Shown here one piece after another: positions 15,998-24,648 of a stretch of 46,379 nucleotides of DNA. Below the pieces are notes generated by a model. That model had not been told where the DNA came from and searched no databases. It saw only the letters and a list, made by a program, of their open reading frames with translations. The DNA comes from a virus (taxonomy: Duplodnaviria; Caudoviricetes). Within the stretch, counting starts at the first letter, position 1; every line of letters begins with the position of its first letter. Location of the stretch: IMG/VR virus record IMGVR_UViG_3300017963_000371, positions 1-46,379 of that record. One strand, written 5' to 3'. A program made the translations under genes and the position numbers.

Positions 15998-16720
15998 ATG
16001 AATCTTCTTGAGATCAGAACTCAGTTTGCTAAGCTTAGTGGTCGCTATGATTTAGTAAACAACGACTTCACAAACAACGGTGCAGATTATTTTCTAAAGG
16101 CTGGTCTCAAGTTTCTTGATAGGCGAGTCGAATTTGATAAAGACTTTGGTTTGCATTTTACACAAAAATCTAGTGCCTCGTATTTTACTGAGGTAGCCTC
16201 ATATAGAACAATAGAGAGCGTTTGGTATGCAGACTCTGCTGATGGTAGGTATGAGTTGGAATATATGGCTCCCCTAGAGTTTCAAGAAACTTATGGAACC
16301 GAGCCCTACTATGATGGAGATTCTGGAGATCCAAAATACTGGACTATGAGAATCACAAGAGAAATTCCTGATGGGACTTCTCCAGATGTAATAGGGAATT
16401 ATGCTACGGAAATTCTGGCTGATGGAACTCAAGTTCTTAAGCAAGGGATTCTAGTGGCTCCGGCCTTAACTAATGCAGGACAGCTTGAGCTTTGGGGTAA
16501 GTTTGATACAGCTTTCCCTTCTTTGGACACAGATACTAATTATTGGTTCTCTAAATTTGAGCATATAGCTATTAATGCTGGATTGTTTCAGTTAGAGAAT
16601 TCTTATCGCAACACTCAAGGAGCTAAGGATTATTTAGCTGCAATTGATATTGAGCTTGCTGGGATTGATAAAGATACTGTCGAGGATGATCTTCGACGAG
16701 CGGAGGTTATGAATGGATAG
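15998..16720 (+). CDS. Head-tail adaptor (tail tubular protein A-like)
   Basis: Position after MCP; MNLLEIRTQF start, GDPKYW, D.DTNYW motifs. Confidence 0.65.
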   Translation: MNLLEIRTQFAKLSGRYDLVNNDFTNNGADYFLKAGLKFLDRRVEFDKDFGLHFTQKSSASYFTEVASYRTIESVWYADSADGRYELEYMAPLEFQETYGTEPYYDGDSGDPKYWTMRITREIPDGTSPDVIGNYATEILADGTQVLKQGILVAPALTNAGQLELWGKFDTAFPSLDTDTNYWFSKFEHIAINAGLFQLENSYRNTQGAKDYLAAIDIELAGIDKDTVEDDLRRAEVMNG

Positions 16721-17084
16721 AGAAAGAGAGCTTGTTAGCCAGTTAGCTAAGGGTGACTATGAGGCTTGGGCTGACCTGAAACAGTTAGTTATTCAGGAAG
16801 CTATTAAGATGCTACCTATGATTAATTCAGTGGTTGCAAAGAAAGCAGTTGGACTTGCTCAAGCGAGTAAGGAGTTTTATGAGAGGCATCCTGATCTTCA
16901 AGATAAGAAAGAATTAGTTACTAAAACTATGCAGCAACTAGAGGCTGATAAACCTGGACTTTCATTTGATGAACTATTAAATGAAACAGCTTCCTTAGCT
17001 TCTAAAGGATCTGCCGGAATTCCAGTTAATGCTAATCCACCTCGGAAATTGGATGAGCTTGATCTTGCTGTTGGTAAGTTATGA
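16713..17084 (+). CDS. Stand-alone paralog of the scaffold C-terminal domain
   Basis: EFYERHPDLQDKKELV..TMQQLEADKP..SFDELLNETA aligns with scaffold QFYAENSDLAEKKQLV..VAQQIESDNP..PVAKLLEEAA. Confidence 0.7.
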   Translation: MDRERELVSQLAKGDYEAWADLKQLVIQEAIKMLPMINSVVAKKAVGLAQASKEFYERHPDLQDKKELVTKTMQQLEADKPGLSFDELLNETASLASKGSAGIPVNANPPRKLDELDLAVGKL

Positions 17085-17569
17085 GAGAATTTAATTATGT
17101 CTACAAAAAGGGCCTCTCCATAGGATTGAGAAGCAGCAGCAAGAATAAGAGAGGTTCACAGGCTCTTGTGTTATCTACTGGTATGGTTCCAAGTGAGGAG
17201 ACTTTAGTTGCTCTTGATACGCAAAATAGATTAGACATAAGTACTATCTCACCTGCACCTAGATTTCCTTACCCTCAAATTTTTGAATTCGCTCAGGTTA
17301 CTATTTTAGCTACTGCTACTCAGATTTTTGAGGTGGCGAGTAATGGGACTTTAACTCAAAAGCTTGTTGGCTTAACTGAAGGGCATGTTTGGAGTGCTGC
17401 GGATTTTCATAATTTTATTGTTATGGTTAATGGAAAGCAGGCAATTTACAGGGATGGGCAGAGTTTAGTTTGGTCAGCAGATGATCCATATGGAATGGCA
17501 TCTGCTAGTGGTGTATGTAATTTTAACGGGCAGGCTATTTTAACTGCCCCTAATGTGGTGATCCCATGA
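17081..17569 (+). CDS. Tail nozzle / tubular protein B, N-terminal part
   Basis: Nozzle-like N-terminus and beta-propeller blades (WSAADFHNFIVMVNG, CNFNGQAIL) but only 162 aa. Confidence 0.6.
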   Translation: MREFNYVYKKGLSIGLRSSSKNKRGSQALVLSTGMVPSEETLVALDTQNRLDISTISPAPRFPYPQIFEFAQVTILATATQIFEVASNGTLTQKLVGLTEGHVWSAADFHNFIVMVNGKQAIYRDGQSLVWSADDPYGMASASGVCNFNGQAILTAPNVVIP

Positions 17570-18075
17570 AAAAGATTTTGACTATAGGATTAGCATTTCT
17601 TATGCTAACAGGGTGTGCTAATAAGGAAGTCTATAAGAAGTACGTAGTGGCAGAGAGTGTTAATAGAGCTAATTATTATGAAGCTGCTAAGAACACACCC
17701 TTGGTTGACATTAAACTTCCTGCTCCTGATGGAGAAGAGTATCATATAATAGTCAACCAAAATATTCAATATAGAGCAGTTCAACAAATCAAGGATAGCG
17801 AATGGGTTCCAGTTGCTACTGCTGGTGTGGTTGGCGGTCTTCAATTCTTAACTGGATGGACTTCCAGTCATTATAATTATAAGACCCAGAAGAACTATGT
17901 TGAGGCATTATCTGGAGACGATAATCCCACCATTGCTATTGGTGATAACGCATCGATTGATGACTCATTTGAATTTAGTGAAGTAAGGAATGGTTCAGGT
18001 AACGTCGGAACGAGCTCCGATAGCACAAGAACTAAAAAAGTAATGGAAGTAGTTGGAATAGGAGGCGCACAATGA
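17566..18075 (+). CDS. Lipoprotein
   Basis: MKKILTIGLAFLMLTG|C lipobox; second hydrophobic segment WVPVATAGVVGGLQFL. Confidence 0.8.
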   Translation: MKKILTIGLAFLMLTGCANKEVYKKYVVAESVNRANYYEAAKNTPLVDIKLPAPDGEEYHIIVNQNIQYRAVQQIKDSEWVPVATAGVVGGLQFLTGWTSSHYNYKTQKNYVEALSGDDNPTIAIGDNASIDDSFEFSEVRNGSGNVGTSSDSTRTKKVMEVVGIGGAQ

Positions 18076-18521
18076 GCGGCACATGGCATATTTATGATAG
18101 CTTTTCAGAGAGAATGGCAGATGGAACTTGTGATCTTGATAACGATACTTTTAAGTGTGCATTGTTCACAAGTTCCCACACGCCAGCGCAGACAGATGAT
18201 GCTTACTCAGCACTAGCAAATGAGGTAGCAAATGGCAATGGGTACACTACCGGCGGTGTTACTCTAACTAGTGTGACTTGGGTAGAAAGCGGAGGTACTG
18301 TTACTTTTGATTGCGCTGACATTAGTTGGACAGCAAGTGGCGGTAGTATAGTTGCTAGATATGCTATTATTTATGATGACACTGATGCTGGTAAACAATT
18401 GGTAGCTTTGTGTTTACCTGATGACACACCAGCGGACATTACCATTACTGATGGTAATACTGGCACTCTAACAATCGCTGGTACTGGCGTGTTCCAATCA
18501 TCTGGTAGCTGGACTCTGTGA
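18072..18521 (+). CDS. Small beta-rich virion/fibre protein, paralog 1
   Basis: DTFKCALFTS, NGYTTGGVTL, SWTASGGSIVA, AIIYDDT. Confidence 0.75.
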   Translation: MSGTWHIYDSFSERMADGTCDLDNDTFKCALFTSSHTPAQTDDAYSALANEVANGNGYTTGGVTLTSVTWVESGGTVTFDCADISWTASGGSIVARYAIIYDDTDAGKQLVALCLPDDTPADITITDGNTGTLTIAGTGVFQSSGSWTL

Positions 18522-19357
18522 TGAATTTTTTATCTAACAACGGCCAGAGACAGCCAGGAGAGTTATCAGCGGATGGTAACCTGAAAATTACTGATGCTGA
18601 AAACGCTCTTGCTATCGCTATGGGCAATGTTACTGGAAGTAGCGTTGTCCATAAATTCGGCAAAACTAGAGACTTTGATTCTGGCGATGGTTATGTGACT
18701 ATCTGGGACGGAGCAGATGATGCTCTTTACGATGGCTCCTCTCCAATGAACTATACTTATTCCACCAGTGCAGATATCGATAGTATTAGTAGTTCAGATA
18801 ACTCTGACACAGAGGATATTTATATCGAAGGCTGTGATGCAAACTACAATCTAGTTACTCAGACGGTCACACTAACTGGACAAACAAGAGCAGCTCTTTC
18901 AACTCCGCTTATGCGAGTGTGGAGGATGAGAAATGATGGAACAAGTGATCTTGCTGGTAAGGTTTATTGCTACGTGAATGGTGATATTACACTTGGCGTT
19001 CCTGATACTGCTACTGATGTGAGAGCTATTATTCATGGTGATAATAACCAAACATTGATGGCCGTCTATACTATCCCACTTGGCTACACTGGTTATATTT
19101 GTTGCTGGTATGCAAGTTTAGCTGGAGCGGTTAAGGATTCTATTCATGACGTGCAACTCAGAATTCGTGCGCAAGGCGGTATATTTCAACTGAAACGAGA
19201 CTTTAGTCTTAATGCCACTGGAACAAGTCACATTCCTTTTACTTATGATGTTCCGAAAGAAGTGTCAGCTAAATCAGATATCGAACTTCGCGTAAATACT
19301 GATACTAACTCAGCAGCGATCAGTGGCGGGTTTGACATTGTGTTAGTGGCTGATTAG
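18518..19357 (+). CDS. Conserved phage structural protein (tail-associated)
   Basis: VHKFG..TIWDG, ISSSDNSDT, NQTLMAVYTIP.GYTGY motifs; in tail cassette. Confidence 0.6.
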   Translation: MMNFLSNNGQRQPGELSADGNLKITDAENALAIAMGNVTGSSVVHKFGKTRDFDSGDGYVTIWDGADDALYDGSSPMNYTYSTSADIDSISSSDNSDTEDIYIEGCDANYNLVTQTVTLTGQTRAALSTPLMRVWRMRNDGTSDLAGKVYCYVNGDITLGVPDTATDVRAIIHGDNNQTLMAVYTIPLGYTGYICCWYASLAGAVKDSIHDVQLRIRAQGGIFQLKRDFSLNATGTSHIPFTYDVPKEVSAKSDIELRVNTDTNSAAISGGFDIVLVAD

Positions 19358-19367
19358 AGGAGATGCT

Positions 19368-20282
19368 ATGGCAGTTAAATGTTGGGGTGCCACTTCACAT
19401 ACAGGAGGTGGCACTGGAGCACTTGATAAATATGATGGCGACGATCTTACTGATGGCGATGTTGCTATGGTTGTCGTTGAAGGCAAAGTTACAGATACTT
19501 ATGTATTAGATGCATCTAGCAGCGCTTCAGAATCCTATCCTTCAGTCATAGCTCCTGATACGAATCCAGGAACCAAACGTTGGATTCGACAGGAGGATAA
19601 CAGAGATCACTTTCTTTATAGTCGCAAAGCGTCTGCTGACACTCTGGATGACGAGTTTGAAAGTACTACACTAGATGTGAAATGGACAGCAGTAGGGCCT
19701 AGCTCTGGCACAGTCGATTTACTAGAGACTGGCACGTCCACTAACCGGTACGATCTTACCACTCGCCCTGGCTGGTTGCTGCTCCAGGCCGGACTAAGTC
19801 AAGTTTGCTCTTTACGGCAAGATGTGACACTAGGTGATGGAGACTGCGTCACAATTGCAATGTCTGCGGGAATGGGACATGATGCTAGTATAGCTAACAA
19901 TCAAGCTAAGGCTGGAATTGTTCTCAATGATAATGATACTTCTTATAGCTCTGGTAATTATACAGAGTTTTATTTAGATACAGATTCAGGTGAATCTGCA
20001 ATAAAAACTTGGAATGGATCATCTGCTGTAGGAGTATCATCTCCTGGTGTTATCTATGGCCAACTTATATTTTTACGAGTAGTGCGAGACTCACTCACTT
20101 ACAGGTGTTTTTACAGCTATGACGGACTGACATGGTGCGGGATGGCGGCCAACACGGAGAGCAGTGCCTACACTAATATCTGGATCTATTCGCATACCGC
20201 TGGAGCAGAAACCCCGTTTGGAATAGTTGCTTTTAAGTGGATACGTCAAGGCTCTGGTGGTTTTGATCCTTGGCCTTTATGA
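19368..20282 (+). CDS. Receptor-binding protein with ConA-like (GH43 C-terminal-like) lectin domain
   Basis: N-terminal attachment motif GGGTGALD..VIAPD.NPG.KRW; DDEF..LD.KW, RPGWL, LRVVRD..Y..FYSYDG.TW. Confidence 0.65.
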   Translation: MAVKCWGATSHTGGGTGALDKYDGDDLTDGDVAMVVVEGKVTDTYVLDASSSASESYPSVIAPDTNPGTKRWIRQEDNRDHFLYSRKASADTLDDEFESTTLDVKWTAVGPSSGTVDLLETGTSTNRYDLTTRPGWLLLQAGLSQVCSLRQDVTLGDGDCVTIAMSAGMGHDASIANNQAKAGIVLNDNDTSYSSGNYTEFYLDTDSGESAIKTWNGSSAVGVSSPGVIYGQLIFLRVVRDSLTYRCFYSYDGLTWCGMAANTESSAYTNIWIYSHTAGAETPFGIVAFKWIRQGSGGFDPWPL

Positions 20283-20290
20283 GGTAATTT

Positions 20291-22537
20291 ATGTCGGATT
20301 TTGTGTTTCATGATTCTGCGGACTTTGTTTGGCAGAATTCTACTGATTTTGAGTGGACAAAGGCAGGTGGATCGGAGACAACTTATCCGATAGCTAGTGG
20401 ATCAATAGCACTAACTGGTCAAAGCGTAGGCGTAACTGGAAACACTATTAGTTACGCTATAGCCAGTGGCACAGTCACTCTTACCGGACAGAGCGTAAGT
20501 CTTCTAGTTTCTTATCCTATCGACTCTGGAGCAATAACATTAACTGGTCAGAGTGTTGGCTTTGGTTATACTAGTTATTATTCAATAGCCTCTGGTTCTA
20601 TAACAACAACAGGACAGAGTGTCAGTCTGCTGACTTCTTACCCTGTAGCAAGTGCTAGTGTCGCATTAACCGGCCAAAGCGTTGGCTTTAATACTGGCGG
20701 TATTTATCCAATAGCCTCTGGTTCGATTACTATTACTGGACAAACAGTAAGTCTAAACACTAGCTACCCAGTAAGTAGTGCGACTATTACTCTAGTAGGA
20801 CAAACAGCCAGTCTTCTGATTTCATATCCTATCTCCAGTGGATCTATTACTACCACTGGACAGAGCGTAGGTTACTGTGTTTGTAATAACTATGCAATAG
20901 CTAGCGCAACTATAACATTAACTGGTCAGAGTGTCGGGTTATCTATTGCTTATCCGATTGATTCTGGAGTAATAACCACAACTGGTCAGAGTGTAGGTTT
21001 CTCAGAAGAGGCTGGCTACTATGAAATAGCCAGTGGGACAATCACCATCACTGGGCAAGTAGTTGGTTTTAGGAACACCGGAACCCCGCCAGGAGTTCCA
21101 AGACCTCCAATTACTGTTCCGATTGAGGAGTTGTTTCCATCTCCAGTAGCAATACCAGGACACTCTTGTCCACACTGGCATGTTGATAAAGATCATGATC
21201 CTGTCTGGGATTTTCAAGAACAAGGCGAGCTTCCTTATTCGTATCATAAGCATCCAACCGAGCCACATGTTTGTGGTCATTGGCATAAAAATCCATACTC
21301 GGAAGAGCCTATTAGCTATTATCCTTGGTATCAGCCAAGTGTTGATATTCATAATAGTGTTATTGGGATAGTATCAATGGAAGCCTCTGGAGCCAGACCA
21401 AGTATTTTTCCTATGCGTTATGATCTCGATACTAGTGCTTGGAGTTATGGAGATCCAATAGATTGGCAGGTTATATTTGCAGCCCCAAACACTGCTAGAC
21501 TAGATGAGAATTATCTAGCTTTTTATTGTACTGGAGAGGTACCAGATAACGAAACTGCTGAGTATGCTGGTCGCCTATACGTCTGGGATCTTAATTGGAA
21601 CGTTACAGAAACGGATGTGTGGGATTGTGATGGTGATACTGGAGTTCCTTATTTAATCGATCAATCTAGGTATCATAATGTGATGGATTGTCATGACCAA
21701 ACTGTAGTCTGTGTGGCTCAAGTTTATAAGGAGAATGGCATATACATAAATAAGTGGCAGATTAAAATATCAGAGAATTCTGGAGTCACTTTTGATAGAG
21801 AATGGGAGTTTCCATTTAGTGCTGCTCTTGGGACAGGTAAAGACGAGAACGTAGAAGTCAGGATTACAGCAGACGGTTATATTTGGGCTGGTGTTGTCAG
21901 ATATGATTCACCAACAATCTCTCAAGTCGAACTCTGGAAATCTGATGCTGGCAGAACTACATTGACCAAGGTGTGGAGTAAGGACTACTCACTAGACACT
22001 GGTACGATTTATGCTACTGCTTTTGGTTGGGCTCTTGATACGGCGGATGGTGAGCATATAGTCTTCAATCTTCCTACATCCTCTACGGATAGAGTACTTT
22101 ATGTGTCTGATAATTTCGGCTCTTCTTTTTCTACCATAACGGTGAGTGAAGCAACGTTTGATTTATATCGTACTACTGTGATAGAAGGAGAGAAAATAAC
22201 AGTGGTAGCAGAGCATAATGACGGCACCGAGGGGTTTGGAATAAGTGAGGATTTTGGCACAACCTTTAGTTTCTCTTCTCCGGGATATAACCTTGGTCAT
22301 GCTTTTGTTGACATGCAGTATTGGCATAATCAGGTGGTTTATACTGAATGTGGTGAAAGTTATACACTCAATGACTACCAAGATATTATCTATTCACTTA
22401 ATCTTGGCACTAATTGGACACTGCTGACTACGCCTATTTCAATAACGGATGGTGTAGCTACTATAGTAAGACGAGTTAATGCAGAGGCAGCACATAGCCC
22501 TGTTTGGGAATTCACAAAACAAGTTGAGGTATATTAA
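20291..22537 (+). CDS. Fibre/spike protein: 11 N-terminal repeats, His/Cys linker, Asp-box (BNR) beta-propeller
   Basis: 11x Y-x-I-A-S-G-x-I-T-x-T-G-Q-S-V; HSCPHWH/HVCGHWH; Asp boxes SENSGVTF, SDNFGSSF, SEDFGTTF, SLNLGTNW. Confidence 0.75.
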   Translation: MSDFVFHDSADFVWQNSTDFEWTKAGGSETTYPIASGSIALTGQSVGVTGNTISYAIASGTVTLTGQSVSLLVSYPIDSGAITLTGQSVGFGYTSYYSIASGSITTTGQSVSLLTSYPVASASVALTGQSVGFNTGGIYPIASGSITITGQTVSLNTSYPVSSATITLVGQTASLLISYPISSGSITTTGQSVGYCVCNNYAIASATITLTGQSVGLSIAYPIDSGVITTTGQSVGFSEEAGYYEIASGTITITGQVVGFRNTGTPPGVPRPPITVPIEELFPSPVAIPGHSCPHWHVDKDHDPVWDFQEQGELPYSYHKHPTEPHVCGHWHKNPYSEEPISYYPWYQPSVDIHNSVIGIVSMEASGARPSIFPMRYDLDTSAWSYGDPIDWQVIFAAPNTARLDENYLAFYCTGEVPDNETAEYAGRLYVWDLNWNVTETDVWDCDGDTGVPYLIDQSRYHNVMDCHDQTVVCVAQVYKENGIYINKWQIKISENSGVTFDREWEFPFSAALGTGKDENVEVRITADGYIWAGVVRYDSPTISQVELWKSDAGRTTLTKVWSKDYSLDTGTIYATAFGWALDTADGEHIVFNLPTSSTDRVLYVSDNFGSSFSTITVSEATFDLYRTTVIEGEKITVVAEHNDGTEGFGISEDFGTTFSFSSPGYNLGHAFVDMQYWHNQVVYTECGESYTLNDYQDIIYSLNLGTNWTLLTTPISITDGVATIVRRVNAEAAHSPVWEFTKQVEVY
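20384..21064 (+). repeat. 11 tandem 20-23-aa coding repeats
   Basis: e.g. YPIASGSIALTGQSV, YAIASGTVTLTGQSV, YPIDSGAITLTGQSV ... YEIASGTITITGQVV. Confidence 0.95.
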
Positions 22538-22969
22538 ATGGCGACACAGACTAGCAATAGATTCAGATATGAGATGCTAAAAGGTGGAGTTGATTGCACT
22601 AGTGATGTTTTTAAGATTATTCTGATGCAAAGTGGCTTTTCTTATGATAGAGTTAATGATGGTACTTACTCTGATGTGAGTGCAGATGAGTTGACTACAG
22701 CTAACGGTTACACTGCTGGTGGTGCAACACTTAGTGGTGTTAGTGTTTCACAAGATGACGTGCAGAATCGAGGTGAGGTAACTTGGAGTGATGTAAGTTG
22801 GACTGCTTCTGGTGGTAGTATAGTAGCAAGCGGGGCAATTATTTATGATGACACCCATGCTAATGATATTGTTGTGGCTTATATAGATTTTTCTAGTGAT
22901 CAAACTGCGCTTGATGGTGGCGCGTTTGTGATAGCTGATATTGAAGTCTATAATGGCGATCCAGAATAA
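22538..22969 (+). CDS. Small beta-rich virion/fibre protein, paralog 2
   Basis: Shares NGYT.GG.TL, SWTASGGSIVA (11 aa identical) and AIIYDDT with 18072..18521. Confidence 0.75.
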   Translation: MATQTSNRFRYEMLKGGVDCTSDVFKIILMQSGFSYDRVNDGTYSDVSADELTTANGYTAGGATLSGVSVSQDDVQNRGEVTWSDVSWTASGGSIVASGAIIYDDTHANDIVVAYIDFSSDQTALDGGAFVIADIEVYNGDPE

Positions 22970-24216
22970 TGGCTGAGACTACTTATGCTATCTCCTCTGC
23001 TACTATAGCATTAACCGGACAGAGTGTGGTTCCCACTGGTATTGTTTCTTATTTTGCAATAGCTAGTGGAACTATTACTCTGACTGGACAAACCAATGGA
23101 TACTGGGAACCTCCAGTAGATCCTAATCCACCTAATGCTCTTAATGGAGTGATTTTTAAGTGCAATCAGGATCATAATCCCGGTAACCTTGGGACTGGTT
23201 CTGGGGTCAGTGCCAGCGTTGGACATGTTACAATTCAGAATACCAGTGTTGGAACTGGTGCTGGAGTTAGTGCAGTTCCTAGGATGCCTATTGTAATTTC
23301 CGCTACGGTGGGCGTAGGATCTGGAGTTGATGCTGGAAGTGATAGCTCTCTTGGTACCGGTGTTATTATATCTCCACCTAAGAGTAATTGGGTTGAGTGG
23401 AGTAAAATTGGTGACTTTAACTTCATAAGGGATAGAAGTAACGAAGCTGGTGACCGCCCAATGCGTTGGAGTGGTTGGGCATGGAGGGTTTTAAAGCTAA
23501 AAGATTTTGCAGTAGTTTACGGAGATAATGGAATCTGTGTGATGTTTCCTGTAGAGAAACCTGCTGCTACTTGGGGGTTTAAAGACATAGGAGATATCGG
23601 AATCAAGAGTCCTTGGAGTGTTTGCGGAACTGAGACTATTCATTATTTTATCAGCTCCAATAATGAGCTGTGGAGGTTCACTGCTGAAGGGCCAGAAAAT
23701 CTAGGCTTTAAAGAGTTCTTAACCACCATGACTAATCCTTTCCTTGTCTTGGATAAGCAGGAAGAAAGATTGTTTATAAGCGATGGAACCACTGGTTATG
23801 TTTTTGATTCTGGTCTTGGTGGTGGCTATGCTACGCTCACTGGCATAACAAAGAACTGGGCCATCAGTCCTGACGCTCTGACCAGTGTGCCAATGAGCAT
23901 AATGACTGATGTGCTTGATTTAGGACATAGAGGTCTGAAGACAATCACTTGGCTAGAAGTCGGAACTTATTCTACTGAGAACATCTATGCTGCTCTTGAC
24001 TTTCGTTATGTACATGATGAGGCTTGGAGAACTAGTGATTGGACTCTGCTTAATCCGCAAGGAGCTGCTAGAATAACAGTTAGTGGTGTTGAGTTCAGAG
24101 TTAGATTAAAGCAAACAGTCTACGATGACCTTCAGATAGATTACATAAACATTCGTGTTCAGAGAAGCGACAGGCGATTTATGCGTGGTCCAATATTTGA
24201 GCAAGGGGAATCTTAA
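22969..24216 (+). CDS. Tail nozzle / tubular protein B, C-terminal part with N-terminal repeat extension
   Basis: From ~23380: NWVEWSKIGDF, propeller blades, TDVLDLG...KTI, GVEFRVRL...IDYINIR; N-terminus has 2 IASG-type repeats and 3 G[TV]G[SA]GV[SD]A repeats. Confidence 0.65.
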   Translation: MAETTYAISSATIALTGQSVVPTGIVSYFAIASGTITLTGQTNGYWEPPVDPNPPNALNGVIFKCNQDHNPGNLGTGSGVSASVGHVTIQNTSVGTGAGVSAVPRMPIVISATVGVGSGVDAGSDSSLGTGVIISPPKSNWVEWSKIGDFNFIRDRSNEAGDRPMRWSGWAWRVLKLKDFAVVYGDNGICVMFPVEKPAATWGFKDIGDIGIKSPWSVCGTETIHYFISSNNELWRFTAEGPENLGFKEFLTTMTNPFLVLDKQEERLFISDGTTGYVFDSGLGGGYATLTGITKNWAISPDALTSVPMSIMTDVLDLGHRGLKTITWLEVGTYSTENIYAALDFRYVHDEAWRTSDWTLLNPQGAARITVSGVEFRVRLKQTVYDDLQIDYINIRVQRSDRRFMRGPIFEQGES

Positions 24217-24647
24217 TGTTATTACAATTACAAGATGATCAAATCTCATTGTTTTGGGATGAGATCAAAAGGACTGTTAGCTTAACTTGTGGTGTTAGGT
24301 CTAGCTACAGAGAAGAATATTTCACAGCTCTTCTGCAAGGATTACTCTTGGGGAAGTATCAGGCTTGGGTTATTAAAACTCCAGCCGATGAGATAGTTGG
24401 AATCGGTATTTCCAAGATGCAAAAGAATGAACTGAGCGGAAGGAAATCTCTTCATGTTGTTCATATCTATGGGTATAGAAGGATTACTCAAGATATAATT
24501 GAATCTGATTGGATTAAGTTTGTTGAATTCGCAAAACGACAAGAATGCGAAGAGATTACTTTTTCAACTAACGTGGAAAGAATTAAAGAGCTTTGTGGAC
24601 TAGTTGGATTTAAGTTAGTCCATTCTAATTACTGCTTGGAGGTATGA
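24216..24647 (+). CDS. GNAT-like internal virion protein (T7 gp13-position)
   Basis: Position after nozzle; YQAWV..IVGI..LHVVHIYG..EFAK.QEC..I.F...GF. Confidence 0.55.
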   Translation: MLLQLQDDQISLFWDEIKRTVSLTCGVRSSYREEYFTALLQGLLLGKYQAWVIKTPADEIVGIGISKMQKNELSGRKSLHVVHIYGYRRITQDIIESDWIKFVEFAKRQECEEITFSTNVERIKELCGLVGFKLVHSNYCLEV

Positions 24648-24648
24648 G

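Noticed and set aside
20384-23100. Repeats in fibre genes as DGR template/variable regions or shufflon sites
   Set aside because: Similarity is at protein level with heavy synonymous divergence; no reverse transcriptase, A-specific mismatch pattern or recombinase seen
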